In this document: in pieces, positions 13,202-26,504 of the stretch
How the letters are laid out: every line of letters starts with the position of its first letter
Numbering within the stretch: the stretch's first letter is position 1
Origin: Lama glama
Lineage: Eukaryota
Reading direction: 5' to 3'
DNA length: 64,000 bases
Assembly (NCBI GenBank): GCA_028534125.1
Contig: CM052816.1
Coordinates: forward strand, 94,738,001-94,802,000
The notes under the pieces: generated by a model
Seen by the model: the letters and a program-made list of their open reading frames with translations, nothing else
Databases searched by the model: none
Told to the model about the DNA's origin: nothing
Made by a program: the position numbers and the translations under genes

Positions 13202-15884
13202 ATGCTTCTTTTATGAGAATATTTTTTCATCTTACTGTGAATAATAAATTTTGATTCTTCCTAAGTGAATATTACTAAAAACCAGTATCTTTAACTTCTA
13301 GGGTTCACAGTTGTTTGTTTCCGGATTAAAACTTATGATTTAAACTTTTCCAGCTTCTGGACTTCCTTTAAGCTTTTATACATATATTTTTAAGAGAATT
13401 TGCTGAAGTTTTATTTATCGTTTAGTACCAGACTATGTAAGGCTCTTTACCATTGCAGACATATGTTTCTAGTGCATTACAGTTCTCAAAGCAATTTTGT
13501 TTACATCTTTGATGTAATTCTCCTTTGTGGGAGGAAACTGATACCCCATATTTTGTGCCGTAAGTCAGTGGAGAAATGACTCACTGAGGATCACATTGCT
13601 GGGCGGTGGGTACGCGGGCTAGGATCCACACTTTAGGACATGTGGCACATATTTGCGTGGACATTTTTATTTCTTTATAAAAAATAGAAAGGAAAAGGAA
13701 AGAATATACTGCCATATTTTATGATTTTTTTGGAGGATGAGAGAATGGAAGTTTTCTGTGTGTGGGAATGAATGAAGGAATGAAGGATGTGATACAAACT
13801 GAAGAGGTCTGGTCTCTCTGATAATTGCCTATGGGATGTGTGGTCTTTGTTTTGCTTTTTATTTCTTTTTTTTTTCTTTCCTCATCTCTGCCTTATTTGT
13901 TTTACTGTAGACCAGTGCCTTTTCTCTATTAAAGAGTTTTAGTATTATTCAGTGAGTTTTCAGGCAAATTGTCCATTTAAAAATAAAGATTTGAAATCCA
14001 TAGCCCCTACTCGGCTGTTAGACTTGAAACCAGAGACTCCTTATCTTTTAATTTTCCTAAGTCATAGGATATGAAAGGATTGGTTCTAAAGGATTCTGTT
14101 TTTCTAGATTGCTTGGCTGAATCATATAGATCAGGGCAAAACTTTGGAATTTTCACTTTTACCTGCCCCCATTGTGTACTCCAGTGAAGAAGGCACAGAG
14201 ACCTTTTATATAAAGAGGTAGTAACATCTAATTTCTTTTTGAAGTCTCACTGCATATATATAAAGCTTACTTTACAGCCACATTTGCTTAGAACTTTGCA
14301 TTTGTTAATTTCATGTTATCGTCCATAAAATGTGAATTTCTAAGAAATTGTTGTCGTAGCTAATATATTACTGGCACTAAACCAAATAATTGACTTCTAT
14401 ACACTGTTGTTTTTAAGCATGTAGGTCAAGTATAAATCTTAAAATTAAATTATATGAAAGGATTCAGTGATGTTGGGAGTGACAAGCCATAGCTTCCTTA
14501 TTTAGAAAACGTGACTGATGAAATAACCAGGAGAAAAAGCAAGACTGGTGCTATAAATGTTCTTGTCTATAAAAGAAGAAAACTTATGGCTAAGAAATTT
14601 ACTGACGTAACTTAATGTGTAGGTTGCAGCAGGAATCGCAGCTTTTAATCAAGTTTGATTAATCCGTTTCCAAGACATTGCAATCTTTGATGTACGCTGT
14701 CTCAGAAACAGTTTTGCAAGCATGCTAAAGGAATCTAACTTATTCTAAACATGATTTACAGGAAAACTCTTCTTTTGTTATTCAGTGCAGTAGAGAAATA
14801 AATACAAGGATACATCTTCAGTGCTGAATCTGAGCCCCAGTTAGCAACTGCATTTTCTGTTGGTTCTATCAAACTTATACCCCTTGTTTTATTTTAAGCC
14901 ACAATATTTGACCAATAATATAAAAATATGCACTTGTAAGGAATGACTTACTATATTACTAAAATTATTTTATTGGGTATTATATCAGTAGATATTATCA
15001 AATAATACTGCCTATAAATCTCAGTAGGTAACCTAGGTGAAGAATGTTTTCCAAATGCTGTTTGTTCATGACTGGCCTGCCCACTACAAACCACCCATAG
15101 CATATGGTGGAAGGAATGCTCGGGAAACAAAATATAGACCATGGTGCTTTTTTAAAAGGTGCAGATTTAAAAAATATTTTAAAAATCTTTAGTAAAGTTT
15201 AAAGCACCATTATTATATAACTTAAGTAACATGGCTGATGTGTTTGCAATGAAACGGTCATAGCATGTTCTTCCTCATCCAGTTCTCAGGTAGTGAAGCT
15301 CTGGGAAGTTGGCTTTTCGTTTCAAATGCTCAATAATCATTTATTTAACTGGGGAAATGGCAGAGGGGAAAGATACCGCATCTGCAGTTTAAAGACCCTC
15401 AGAGTGTGAAGAGCACTTGAAAGTCCTTTATTTAGTTAGACCAAAAGCAAGCCCGACAATGGGCCATTCAGTCCCCACTTGAATGCCTCCAGCAACGGGC
15501 TACTCACCATCTCTAGAAGCGTTTTATTAATCCCTTGAATAATTCAAGCCTTGTAAACTAATTTTGTATTGAAATCAGCGCCCCTCGTAAGTTCATTCCC
15601 TGATCTTGTTTCTGACCTTTTTAATCACATGAGAATATGCTGTCCTTCTTCAAAGACAGCCCCGAGGACAAGTGCCACTCTTCCCTGAGCGCCGGGCCTC
15701 CTGCTCCTGTGCCAGCTGCCCTCCTTCCCTGCTCTCCTCTGGGAGTCCTGCTGTGGCCAGTTTCCCTCCCCGTCCTGTCCGTCCAAATCATCAGAAGTGC
15801 AGGGAGGGAACAAGGCTACCTTGGGGCAACCTGGGGTCAGAGTAGGTTTTCCTGACAGCAAGATGAGAAGATGTTTGTAACAGC

Positions 15885-16080
15885 AATGATGATAACAGTG
15901 CTCATTAAAATGAATTGAGTAATGCATTTTCCACGCTCAGTGTTAATCCTTTCATATACATTATTTAATTCAGTCCTGCCTAGATTCGTCTGCCAGGACT
16001 GTTTATGGTCCCCATTTTACACATGGGGAAGCTGAGGGTGAGAGAACTAAAAACCAACTTCTAATCCTGTGTTTCTAACT
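15885..16080 (-). mobile_element. MIR SINE (degenerate)
   Basis: cccattttacacatggggaagctgagggtgagaga core. Confidence 0.6.
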
Positions 16081-16835
16081 ATTGTAAATATTAATACCAC
16101 TATTAACTGGACAATCAGAATGCCATGGCTTTTCACATGTGACTTCTGCAAAGCTATGAATTAACTCCCCTTGCCTTGAATTTTTAGTTTCCTTTTAATT
16201 TCAGTGAGAGGCTGTGCATTCACTTCTTGTTAGGTGATTCCATTATGTGAGAGTTCAGAAGGCTTCTCTGTGCCCCAGTTTTATTACCCAGGACGACTTC
16301 TGTAACTCACTGCTCCTGCCACGTGGGACCAGGAAAGGCCTCCATGTGTGTCCTCGGCCAGGTTTTATCAAGATGCGGCCAGAGCCGACCCAGGTCGGAG
16401 CCCGGTAGCTTTCGTTCCTTTAAACTCCTCCTTCTGGGTCTGTCTGAAGGCACCTGTGTTCTAGGTGACTTTTCTGTGGACTGTTCTATGGTGAGTGCTG
16501 CAGGCGTGATGATGGCGTGAAGTCAGCCTCATTCCTGAAGGAGCTTTAAAGTTATAGGAAGGAGAAACTGGGTGGTTGGCACGAACCTTGAGCAATAGCT
16601 GATATTGATGTAAGGAAAAATGGGAGAGAAAGCTTTCTAGGCAGAGAAAACAGTGAAAAATAAAAGACGGCTAGAAATGAGGGGGCAGGGCCTCTTTGAA
16701 GCACCCAAGGCTGGCTGGGCTGGGATGTGAGCACGGCTGTCTCTGCATGATCCTGTCACCCCCCCCCCGCCCCAACCAGAGACGTCAGCTTACACCCCCA
16801 CACGCGGGTGTTTTACTTACAGATTATGCAGGTAG

Positions 16836-17276
16836 TATATTAATACCCTAGGGCTGCCCTACCATGCAGATTGCCACAAACCGGGTGACTTAAGCCGACA
16901 CAGATGTATCCTCTTACAGTGAAGGTGAACGCCAGAAGTCTGAACATCACGGTGTGGGCAGGGCCGGCTCCCTCTGCGGATCGGGGGGAGGAGGACCCGT
17001 CCTTGCCCACTCCACCTTGTGCTGGTCCAGCCGCTCCTTGGCTGCGGCTGCACCGCTTCAGTCTCTTTCTCCATCTTCGCGTGGCCTTCCTCTCTGTCTC
17101 TGTGTCTCCCGCCCTCTTATGAAGACACCTGTCATTGTATTTCGGGTCCACTCTAATCCAGAAGGACTCATCTTCCCGTAATTACATCAACAAAGACACT
17201 ATTTCCAAATAAGGCCACATTCTGAGCTTCTTAATAGATACGAGTTTGAGGGGGGCGTGCTGCTCAACTAACTGCA
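16836..17276 (-). mobile_element. MLT1 (ERVL-MaLR) solo LTR, MLT1B/C-like
   Basis: ccctagggctgcc ... gccacaaaccgggtgacttaa ... ccagaagtctga ... ctatttccaaataaggccacattctgag. Confidence 0.85.
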
Positions 17277-17431
17277 TGTTTGCTATTAAGACTGTTTACA
17301 CGAATAAACTCTGTATACTGAAGACAGAACTTGAAACAGGGTATGTTAAAGATAAAACACCAGAATGAAAAGTTTTTATTTCAGCTTACATTTTTTTCTA
17401 AGCAGTATAATTTTTTTTCATTTTAGTCCAA

Positions 17432-18073
17432 TTTTTTCCAGTTTTATTAAAATGTAATTGACATACAACTCTCTCTGAGTTCAAGATGTGCAGTATAATT
17501 ATTTGGCTTACATATATTGTGAAATGATTACCACAGTTAAGTTTAGTTAACATCCATCATCTCAGACACACACACAGAAAAGAAAAAAGAAATTTAAACT
17601 TGTGATGAGAACTCTTAGGATCTACTCTCTTAACCAATTTTCACATATAACACACAGCAGTGTTAACTATAGTCATCATGTGTGTTGCATCCATAGTTCT
17701 CATTTCTCTTATAACTGGAAATTTGGACCTTTTGACCACCTTCATCCAATTCCTACTCCCCCCACCCCAACCTCCTACTTACAGTAACCACAAATCTGAT
17801 CTCTTTTCCTGTAGGGTTTGTTTTTGTTTTTGTTTTTCAGATTTCACATGTAAGTGAAATCTTACAGTCTTGGTCTTTCTCTGTCTGACTTATTTCATTT
17901 AGCATAATGCAGTCAGGGTCCATCCATGTTGTTGCAAACGGCAAGATTTCCTTCTTTTTCATGGCTGAATAACATTTATCGTGTGTGTGTGTGTGTGTGT
18001 ATGTATATATATATATATAATCATTTTGTTTCTCCATGCATCCATTGATGGACACTTAGGTTGTCTCCATGTT
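17432..18073 (-). mobile_element. L1 (L1MA/MB-like) 3' end with internal (GT)n(AT)n microsatellite
   Basis: L1 3'UTR motifs. The minus-strand ORF fragment KKEILPFATTWMD...MLNEISQTEKD matches the L1 ORF2 C-terminus. (GT)10 at 17981-18000. Confidence 0.9.
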
Positions 18074-21000
18074 CAGCTCCCATCGGTAATCATCAAAGCC
18101 TTCATTCAGAAAGACCAGCACGGTGGAATCTGTTAGGTCTGAGTGCATCATCACTGGTTTGCTGAGTAACACGGTGGGTGGATGGGCGAGCACAGCTGTT
18201 TCCTCAGCTTTTCGACATGCTTGAATTAGTAGCGCTGTCTTGTTCCTGCTGCGAGGGTTAGTTTAAAGCTAGATAATATAATACAAAACTTCGCAAGGAC
18301 CACCACACATCAGCAGCAGTGAGGAGCCCCAGGTGAAGTACTCGAACAAGCAAGGATGTCACTGTCACTCGTGCCATGTTGTAGCTTTCAATAAAGAATG
18401 TACACCGTCATCTGAAGTGTGGGTCCAGTGAGATGGCCAGTGCCCCAGTGCCAGTCCACAGAGTAAATATGATAGTTCTTCACTGTTTTATTTTGTTTGG
18501 TTAAAAAAATGAATAGAAATTCAGACATTCTCCACTCAGCCCAGTGGATGGTGATCTTGTGCAGCCCTGCGGTGTGTGCCCTCGCCCCGCACGGGGAGAG
18601 GAGAGGAGGTCTGGGTTGTAAAGAGCACCTAATCCAAGGAGAAAAGGATTTTTAGCAAATCAGGATTCCCGGCGTGGTGTTCATTTGCCCTGCCCTCGGT
18701 GTCCCTGTGTGTAGAACGGAAATCATAAAGACGCCTTCCTTGCAAGGTTGTTGTGAGATGAAATATGTTAAGCCCTTAAGGTCTTTGGACCATTTCACAT
18801 TACAGGGAGGGGCCGGCTGTTAGCCGTAGTTATCACCACCGCCTCCCGGCTGCGAGCCCTGCTCCTGCCATCAGCAGCACCCGTGGATGGAGGCGTGGGC
18901 TGAGAATGGCACTTGGGAGTCAGAGATGTGGGGGAAATGGGTGAAGGCAGAGAGGCCATGTCTGGTAGGAAAGACAAAAGAGCAGATCCTAGGAGGACGC
19001 CCTGCTGGGAAGCCAGAGGTGGGAGGGGATCCAGTGAGGCTGGAGCCCAGGCCGTGGAGGCAGGAAGGAAGGATGCTTGAGACCCTCACGGCCAGGAAGC
19101 AGAATTGGAAGATGGAAGGGAAGACCTCACTGCAGACGGATTTTGTTTATTTGTTTGCCGAAAGCCTCCTTTTCAGGGCTCCTTTTATCAGTCGAAAGGA
19201 AAGCAGTGTTTACAACACATAATACTTGTCTGTGCCAATATTGATTTTCCCGTAGCCCAGAATATTCATTTTGCCTTCTGTCTTCAGAATCACGTGTAGG
19301 AGGAATGATCGTGTTCCTAAAACAGTGACTCGTTTCTCATCCTACACCCCTGCTTCATTTCTGCTGGAGCGGGTCTGTCACAGGGACCTCACGGCATCCC
19401 GTCGTGAAGAGTGACGGCACACAGGCAGTCGTAACTGATGAGTAATTATACCCAGAGGACTAATTAGTTAATTAGTCGTGAGCAGATACGTCATCAGTTG
19501 TGACGGTGGAAATCTCTGTCCTGCGTTTTTCTGGTGGCTCTACAGACTCTCCTCTTGAGAACCAGTCCTCTCCTTCCCCTCAGTGCACGTGGCTTTTGGT
19601 AAAACAGACTCTACTCCAAGTTTAGAAGGTGAGCATAGAGTTCACACCTGGTCCAAGAGCCAACCACTCACTGGGGCCCCCACCCACTAGCCAGGCCTCC
19701 AGGTGTGCGGAGAAGTCGGAGAAACTCAAGTCTCTGCTCTCTAACATGGGCTTCATGCATTCTGGACTTTTCCTGCCTCATTTCGGGCCAAACGCCAAAT
19801 GCAAGCTGGCTAGAGCCAACCACAGGAGCAAAAGCAAGTGTCCACCCTCCCCTCCTTCCCAGTAGAGTTCCTCCTCCCATGCCCCTCCTCTCTGGAGTTG
19901 ACCCTGCTGGTCCTAGATTTGGTCTCTATTATGAAGCCAGGAATATTTGTCTTTGGTCACTAACTTGTATCTCTGATGATTTACCAGACCACATGTCCTG
20001 ACGCAGTCTTTCCAGAACTTGCCTTTACCCCCTCTACCTAAAGCTAACCACACGCCCTGTTCAGAAACAGAAGGATTATTTTTCCCCTGATTCAAAGTAG
20101 CTGAGAAGTCCCATTCAGTAGTTAAATTATCATGGAGTCTTTACCAAATAGGTTTAGACGGCAGATTAATTCTGATGACACTATCCAGCACCAGGGAACC
20201 TTGGGTCCGTAGAAGTCAGAGCTCTGAGAAACATCAAGCATCCGTAGTCTTAATTTTTAAGCCCCCTCCCTCCACAGTGATTGAGTACAGTGATAGCATT
20301 AAGATAATTGATGGTTTCAAGGCATTGGTTATTGAAATCCTAAGTAAAACTGTTCATTTGCAGTGTTATTGTGATGCTCTCAGTTTATTACTTTAGCTAG
20401 TAATTCATATTACTTCCTGCTTTAAAGTTAATCTCTGTTGTCTCACTGATAACCGGGTCTCTGTCTTTGTGTACATGTGTTATCTACTGGATTTAGATCC
20501 TCACACTGAAAAGTAGAATCTTGGCAGGTGAAGTCATTCCTTTACCGGTTCTTTACGATGAAGCAGAACTCCAACACAGGAAGCTACGGGTGAGAGAGAG
20601 GAAGTATCTCTATCTTCATCGTGAAAGAAACGATCAGACATTTAGGAGCCCAAAGGAGTGTGAATATTAAAAACAGTGAATATTAGAAACAAGCTGAGAA
20701 CCAAAAGTGAGGGCGCCTCCTTCCCTGGAACCTCAGGGGGACTTCGAGGGATCTGCAGACCCGGGATGGAAGCTCCAGAGTCCCAAGGCTCCCTCTTGGT
20801 GTCGCTGCCTTCATTTCACATCTGACTGCTCCCCGCTCACTCCCCTCCTGATACTTTTTAGAATTCTGGGAGGTGGTGCGAAGGAATCAAAAGAATGGTT
20901 TGTGCTTGAAAAAGACTCAGAGAAGAGTTTTGTGGGTCCGGTATTGAATAAGATTATAAACATGGATGACAGCATCCGTCTTCCACAAGGTGGGTTCCGA

Positions 21001-22920
21001 TGAGCAGAACCCCCCCCCCCCAGGAAAAGAGACACCAGGACAACTCAGGGTGATGGAACTGGCTGACTTGGTCAGTCATTCCTCAAGGCCTGTCTTCTTC
21101 AAGGGGGAACCCGGACAGCCCTAGGTTTGGTTGTATTAAGTGACAGCTACAGATCTGCCACATAGATTATGTGTATACATATATGTAGACAGACTGTATA
21201 TATACACATATATTACGTGTGCACATGTAGATATACATAAATTATCTATTTGTTTCCTGGCACTGCACACACTTATCCAGAGATGAGACCTGCAAAACTT
21301 ACATAAACACATGATTATTAATGTGACCAAAGACTCACGGTAACGAGGTATTGATCTTGTTTCTTGTCTGTTTATTCATCAGTCTGCTTCCCCAGCCCTT
21401 GTGCTTTGCTTTTATTTTGTTTTACCACTTAAAAAAAAAAATCATTCTAAACATGTCCCATTCTTTAAGTCAATGTTGATAGAATGTTGAAAACTAAAAA
21501 TATAAACTCACCCAACTGGAGACACGCAAGGTTTGTTTTCCTTACTGAAACGTGCATTCATCACGGTAGCTGTGAGAATATCGGAAAGTACATCGTGGCT
21601 GTTTGTTTACGTAGTTAATCCCACATAACTGCTCAGCCTTTTGAAATCATGTGCTATTTTAAAGGGCTCCGTACTTCTCAGAGAACTTGACCATCGTAAT
21701 TAAAAGAATTTCCATTCTTTATGAGTTGGCTTATGCCTATGCCTCAATTAACCCATCCGCAAAGCCCTCCCGGTTTATCCCACCACAGATGAAAATCTGA
21801 AATCCTCTTGGGTCATTTCACATGCAGACCAGTTTTAACATTTTTCTGGATGTCGTAAGTCACTTTTCTTCCACCATCTGACTTTGAACATTTAATTGAG
21901 GACAAAAATGGAGTCTTCAAAACTTTACTGTCTTACAAGGCCAGTGGTAGCTGATTGTTAGTCTGTAACTAATGGAAATTAATTTCCGTTGCTTCTTGAG
22001 ATGTTTTGCAGCTAATAGTGCTCATTAATTCAGAGGTACTAACATCTGGAGACGAGCATTTTATAGTAAGACAAGTACATTCTGAACTGGTATTTCCATT
22101 GTTCATGATACGTTACAAATCTAGTAACTTAAATTCTTTCATCTACTGAAATCACGTTCAACTACCTTAACGTGGCCCTTACTTAGAACGTGGCCCTTGG
22201 GCCACCAGTTTTGGAGGCCTCTTTAGAGCTGAAGCCACCACACCAAGAAAACTGATTGTGTTTGATGACTGGGCCGTTTGCAATAGAGGCCCCCAAAGTG
22301 AGGATCTGAGTCTGCCCTCAGCTGCTCTGTACTGGCATGCAACAGTGAGCCCCAGGGTGGTTCCCCGTGACTGTGACGTGCAGTGCAGTGATTCCCAACA
22401 TTTCTGGAATCCATACACTGAGTACATTCCAAAAGACACGTGGGTGCCAGCCTACGGTGGCCAGACTTTCACTTTGCAAACAGCCTCCTCCAGTCACTTT
22501 TTGACACTCAGGAAAGGCAGACAGGAAGTAATCTTGGAAGACAGGACAGTCTTTTCAATTGTATAACAGGGCCCCTATGAAAAAATATCGGAGTTGGTTT
22601 CAGACAAATGTTTGGAAACCACTGGCTTAGAACCACAATACAGCAGAAATCATTTCTCTGAACAAACAGGTAATGTAAAATTAGCTTGTGATGCTCGTTA
22701 TTATCCCAGTGAATGTAAAAAAAAAAAAAATCCTGGCCTTTTGCCTCATTATCTTTGCCTGTATATACTTTTTTGAATGTATTTGCTGAATGACTAGACT
22801 TATATATTTCTTCTGAATATTTTCAAGGTTTTCAAAGGAGCGGTATTCTAAAATATTAATCATTTCTGAAAAGATCTCCAAATAATTAGCATACTTTATA
22901 TAATTAACAGTAATAAGGTT

Positions 22921-23325
22921 TGCAGTAGCCAGTATCCAAGATGGCCCCAAGCACCCTGTCTCCTGCCGCTCACCCTTTTGTGTGGCCTCTCCCACACTGA
23001 GTCAGGGCTGGCCTCTGTGACCAGTGGTGTACTGCAGGGGTGGCACTGTGTGACTCCTGCAGGTAGGGAGGCCAGTTCAGCTTCCTAGGGCCCTCAAGCA
23101 TCCCAGTGGAGAGGCCAACATGGGAGGAACCAGCTTCCCACCATGTGAGCCACTTGCAGAGCAAATCCCCCAATGCCAGTCATGCCTTTGGGTCTTCCAG
23201 CTTAGATCCCAGACATCATGGAGCAGATGTTCCTGTTCTCTGTCTTGAATTACTGCAAAAGAAACCATGAGATAATTAATGATGATGATTGTTCTCAGCC
23301 ATTGAGTTGTAGGATGATTTGTGAT
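22921..23325 (+). mobile_element. MLT1 (F/G/H-like) LTR
   Basis: tccaagatggcccc ... cccacactgagtcagggctggcc ... cccagacatcatggagcaga ... accatgagataat. Confidence 0.75.
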
Positions 23326-23409
23326 GCCTAATCTGACTGGTCATCTCACCAAGGTTGTCAAACTTCCTTCCAATACCTTCTGAGAAACCCCCTTTCAGCT
23401 TTTCTTGTT

Positions 23410-23848
23410 TAAACCCAAGCATCCATCTAAGAATGAATGGATTAACAGAATGTGATCTATATACATGATGGAATATTATTCAGCCTTAAAAAGGGAGGAA
23501 ATCCTGACACGTGTTACAACACAGATGAATCGTAGAGACATCACGCTAAGTGAAATAAGCCAGACATGAAAAGACTGACCCTGTGTGATTCCACTTGTGT
23601 GAGGTCCCCAGAGTAGTCAGAAACATAGAGACAGAAGTTTGAGTAGTGGTGACCAGGGGTGAGGAGGAGGAGTTGGCAGACTGATGTTTAAGGGATAGCG
23701 TTTCTGTTTGGGATGATGAAAAAGTTCCTCCCAGGGATGGTGCTGATGGCTGCACGGCAGCATACACTGAACTGTAGACATAAGAACGGTGAAAATGGTA
23801 AATTTTATATTATGTTTATTTTACTGCAATAAAAAAGGAAAGAAAATG
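23410..23848 (+). mobile_element. L1 (L1MB-like) 3' end, sense to host gene
   Basis: atggaatattattcagccttaaaaagggaggaaatcctgacac ... gctaagtgaaataagccagac ... aatggtaaattttat ... caataaaaaa. Confidence 0.9.
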
Positions 23849-25775
23849 AAACAGCCAGCTAAATGTTGCCCAGGCCCTAGTGATGGAAACCAAGGGAGGA
23901 GCCACAGATAGGACCACAGGGAGGAAGAATAAATAGAAGTCACTGATCTGCGTTGACCTTGAGCCTGACCCCTTTGCAAACAGTGCCTTCCGCCACTTTG
24001 TGAGAAGCTCGAAAGCCCGTTTTTAAGGAGAACTTACAGTGGCTCATGCCATTTATTACTTCCCAAATGCTTACTTACTTAAGTAAGCTCTTTAATCTCT
24101 TGCCCACATTTTATTATGATAAAATAAAAATAATAATATATTGCAATCATATATTACCTAGTATATGAGCTGTAACACAGTTAAACTCATAAATGTGAGG
24201 TAGCTTTTTCAATTAGATGGCACAGTATTATTCCACAGGATAAAAATAGCTATTATTATTATTTGAAATATATTGCCGAATGGTGATAAGTTTAAAATAT
24301 TCTCTTTCAGAAATCCATTCAGTCATTTAACAAATATTTATTGAGTCCCAACAGCCAGCCAGCACCGTTCTGGACACTAGAAACTTTGGGATAGGAGAGA
24401 AGAGGTAGAAATATTAACTAAGAAATAAATAAGAAATAATATTTAAAAATCATATGAACTTAAAAATAAGTCAAATGTAAACAAAAAGTATCTGCTACAT
24501 TTTTATTTAAAAATTGCCCTTAGGAACTGGTTCTGCCAGCTACCCATAATTCTGTTTTCAGAGCCTCAGGAGCTCCTGTTGTGGCTTTTGCTTTCAGAGC
24601 CAAAGTTCTGTTCTGTGACTTCTGCTGGGGTTTTTCCCTCACACTGAAGATGAAGGCAGCTCATACCTCAAAGGCCCTAAATCAGAAAGCTTTCAACCAA
24701 CACACAAAAAAAATAGATCGAAAAGAAAAAGCATCCCATTTCTCCCAGGAACCAGCAGAACTCCTGTCCCTATCTCTTCCTGACAAAGAAGTCTGCTGTA
24801 TTTCAAGCCAGGCTATTTTATATTAGAAAAGAAATCATTAAGATAAGTGGCAGTTAACGCCTATACTGCAGTAAAAATGCTTCTGACTTTAAAGAAGAAA
24901 ATGTAAAACATGGGACTCTCTTAGATGAACTGAAATGTTTCTGCAGGGGGCCTCACCAGATTCGTGCTGGGCTTTGTTTTGAAGATTACTGAAACATTAA
25001 CAGGCTTAAATTTACCATAAATCAGCGTGAAAGTAACAGGTAGTATTGCTAATATTGTGAAAGCGGCGGTAACTTGGAATCTGGGCGTGTCTGCTAAGCA
25101 GTGTATACGCACACACAGGCTAGTCCTGCTCTGTTTAAGTAGCTGCGGACCCTTGATGACTATAGATTTTCATTTGTATCCGTTAAAAAGGAAAGGAGTT
25201 TCTGTTTGATTACCTATGCTATTGCTTTAATAAATTTTTTTTGAAAATGAAGGCAAAGCAATGACATATAGCAAGACCCTTACATACATCCCCATAGAAG
25301 GTGCATCTCGTTCAAGCCACACTGTCTCCTGAAGTGCTGATAGGTACCATCCAGCATTAGCTCACTCGCTGCAGTAAGCACTTTCAAATTGCAAGGGATG
25401 AAAATGCGCTGTGGTTATCTCCGTCAATAGGAGCTTGTTGTAAGTTTCCAGAGGGGCATGAAAGAGACAGGAAGCCGTCGCAGCAGCCCCAGCCAGGCAG
25501 GTCTCATTGAAACCCAGGTCACGGTTCTGGATACAAAAGCTGCTTTGGGGCCGTGGCAGGAGCCCTGAGCGTGGATGGCGCGGAAAAGTCGGCGTTTGCT
25601 GGGCCCTGGCGCAGAGCTCTGGGGTGCGGGGCCTCAGCCAGGGAGGGAACTCTGACCCCTTTCCCGTCCTGTCTCTTAGCACTGGCTGTCAGGGCTGCCC
25701 CTGTCCTCTTCTCTGTGTTTCCTTCAACTGTGGGTCACTCTGTGGTGCCTTGAATGCAGACTTGCTCAAGAGAGC

Positions 25776-26120
25776 TGTTGTGGGCTGACATGTGTCTCCC
25801 CAGATTCCTGTGTTGAAGTCCCAGCCCCCAGGACCTCAGAACGTGACGGTAGTATAGAGAGGTGGTTTTTAAAGAGGTGACTGAGTTAAAATGAAGCCAT
25901 CAGGGTAGGACCCTCATCCACTAAGGACTGGTGTCCTTACAAGAGAAAAGGTCACATGAGGACACAGGGGGAGAGCGGCCATCTGGAAGCCAAGGAGAGA
26001 GGCCTTGGGGGAAACCGAACCTGCCTGCGCCTTGATCTTGGATTTCTAGCCTCCAGAACTGTGAGAAAATCAGTTCCCAGCCTGTGGTTTTTGTTATCTT
26101 GGCCCCAGGAGACTAACCCA
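25776..26120 (+). mobile_element. MLT1A-like solo LTR
   Basis: TG...CA termini and MLT1A motifs (gactggtgtccttacaagaga; ccttgatcttggatttctagcctccagaactgtgaga). Flanks agagc/agagg are a near 5-bp TSD. Confidence 0.88.
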
Positions 26121-26363
26121 AGAGGCTGTGTTTGGAGCCACCAGGGAGCGGGTGAGTGTCCGGGATGAAACACACTAGGCAGAGCTCGCAGGCAGGGCTG
26201 CCCTCAGGGCAGCAGGAACCCCAAAGGCATTCAGCTGTGGTGAGATTCTGTGTCATCTATGCACGTGTGTCCCCAGAGGAGGGCCTTTAGGGGTATACTC
26301 GTCACTCTTAGAAGGCCCAAGAGAAAAGTTTATCTGGGCATTTTGGTTGTACCTTTTCTAAGT

Positions 26364-26504
26364 GGGAGAGAGGTAGGGTGTGGCTCAGTGGTAGAGCGCG
26401 TGCTTAGCATGCACAAGGCCCCAGGTTCAATCCCCAGCACCTCCATTAAAATGAATAAACAAACAAACCGACCTAATTACCTCCCCCCTCCAAAAGCAAA
26501 AAGA
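26364..26504 (+). mobile_element. tRNA-Ala(AGC)-derived SINE of camelid type
   Basis: tRNA-like head 26374-26445 with A box tggctcagtggt (26381) and B box ggttcaatcc (26424). Then an A-rich linker, acctaattacctcccccc and an A tail. TSD tgtaccttttct at 26348-26359 and 26505-26516. Confidence 0.9.

Noticed and set aside
20186..20203. REST/RE1 site (tccagcaccagggaacc)
   Set aside because: The right half-site GGACAG is not matched
26374..26445. Functional tRNA-Ala gene
   Set aside because: Acceptor, anticodon and T-stem mismatches; embedded in a SINE with tail and TSD; no oligo-T terminator directly after it
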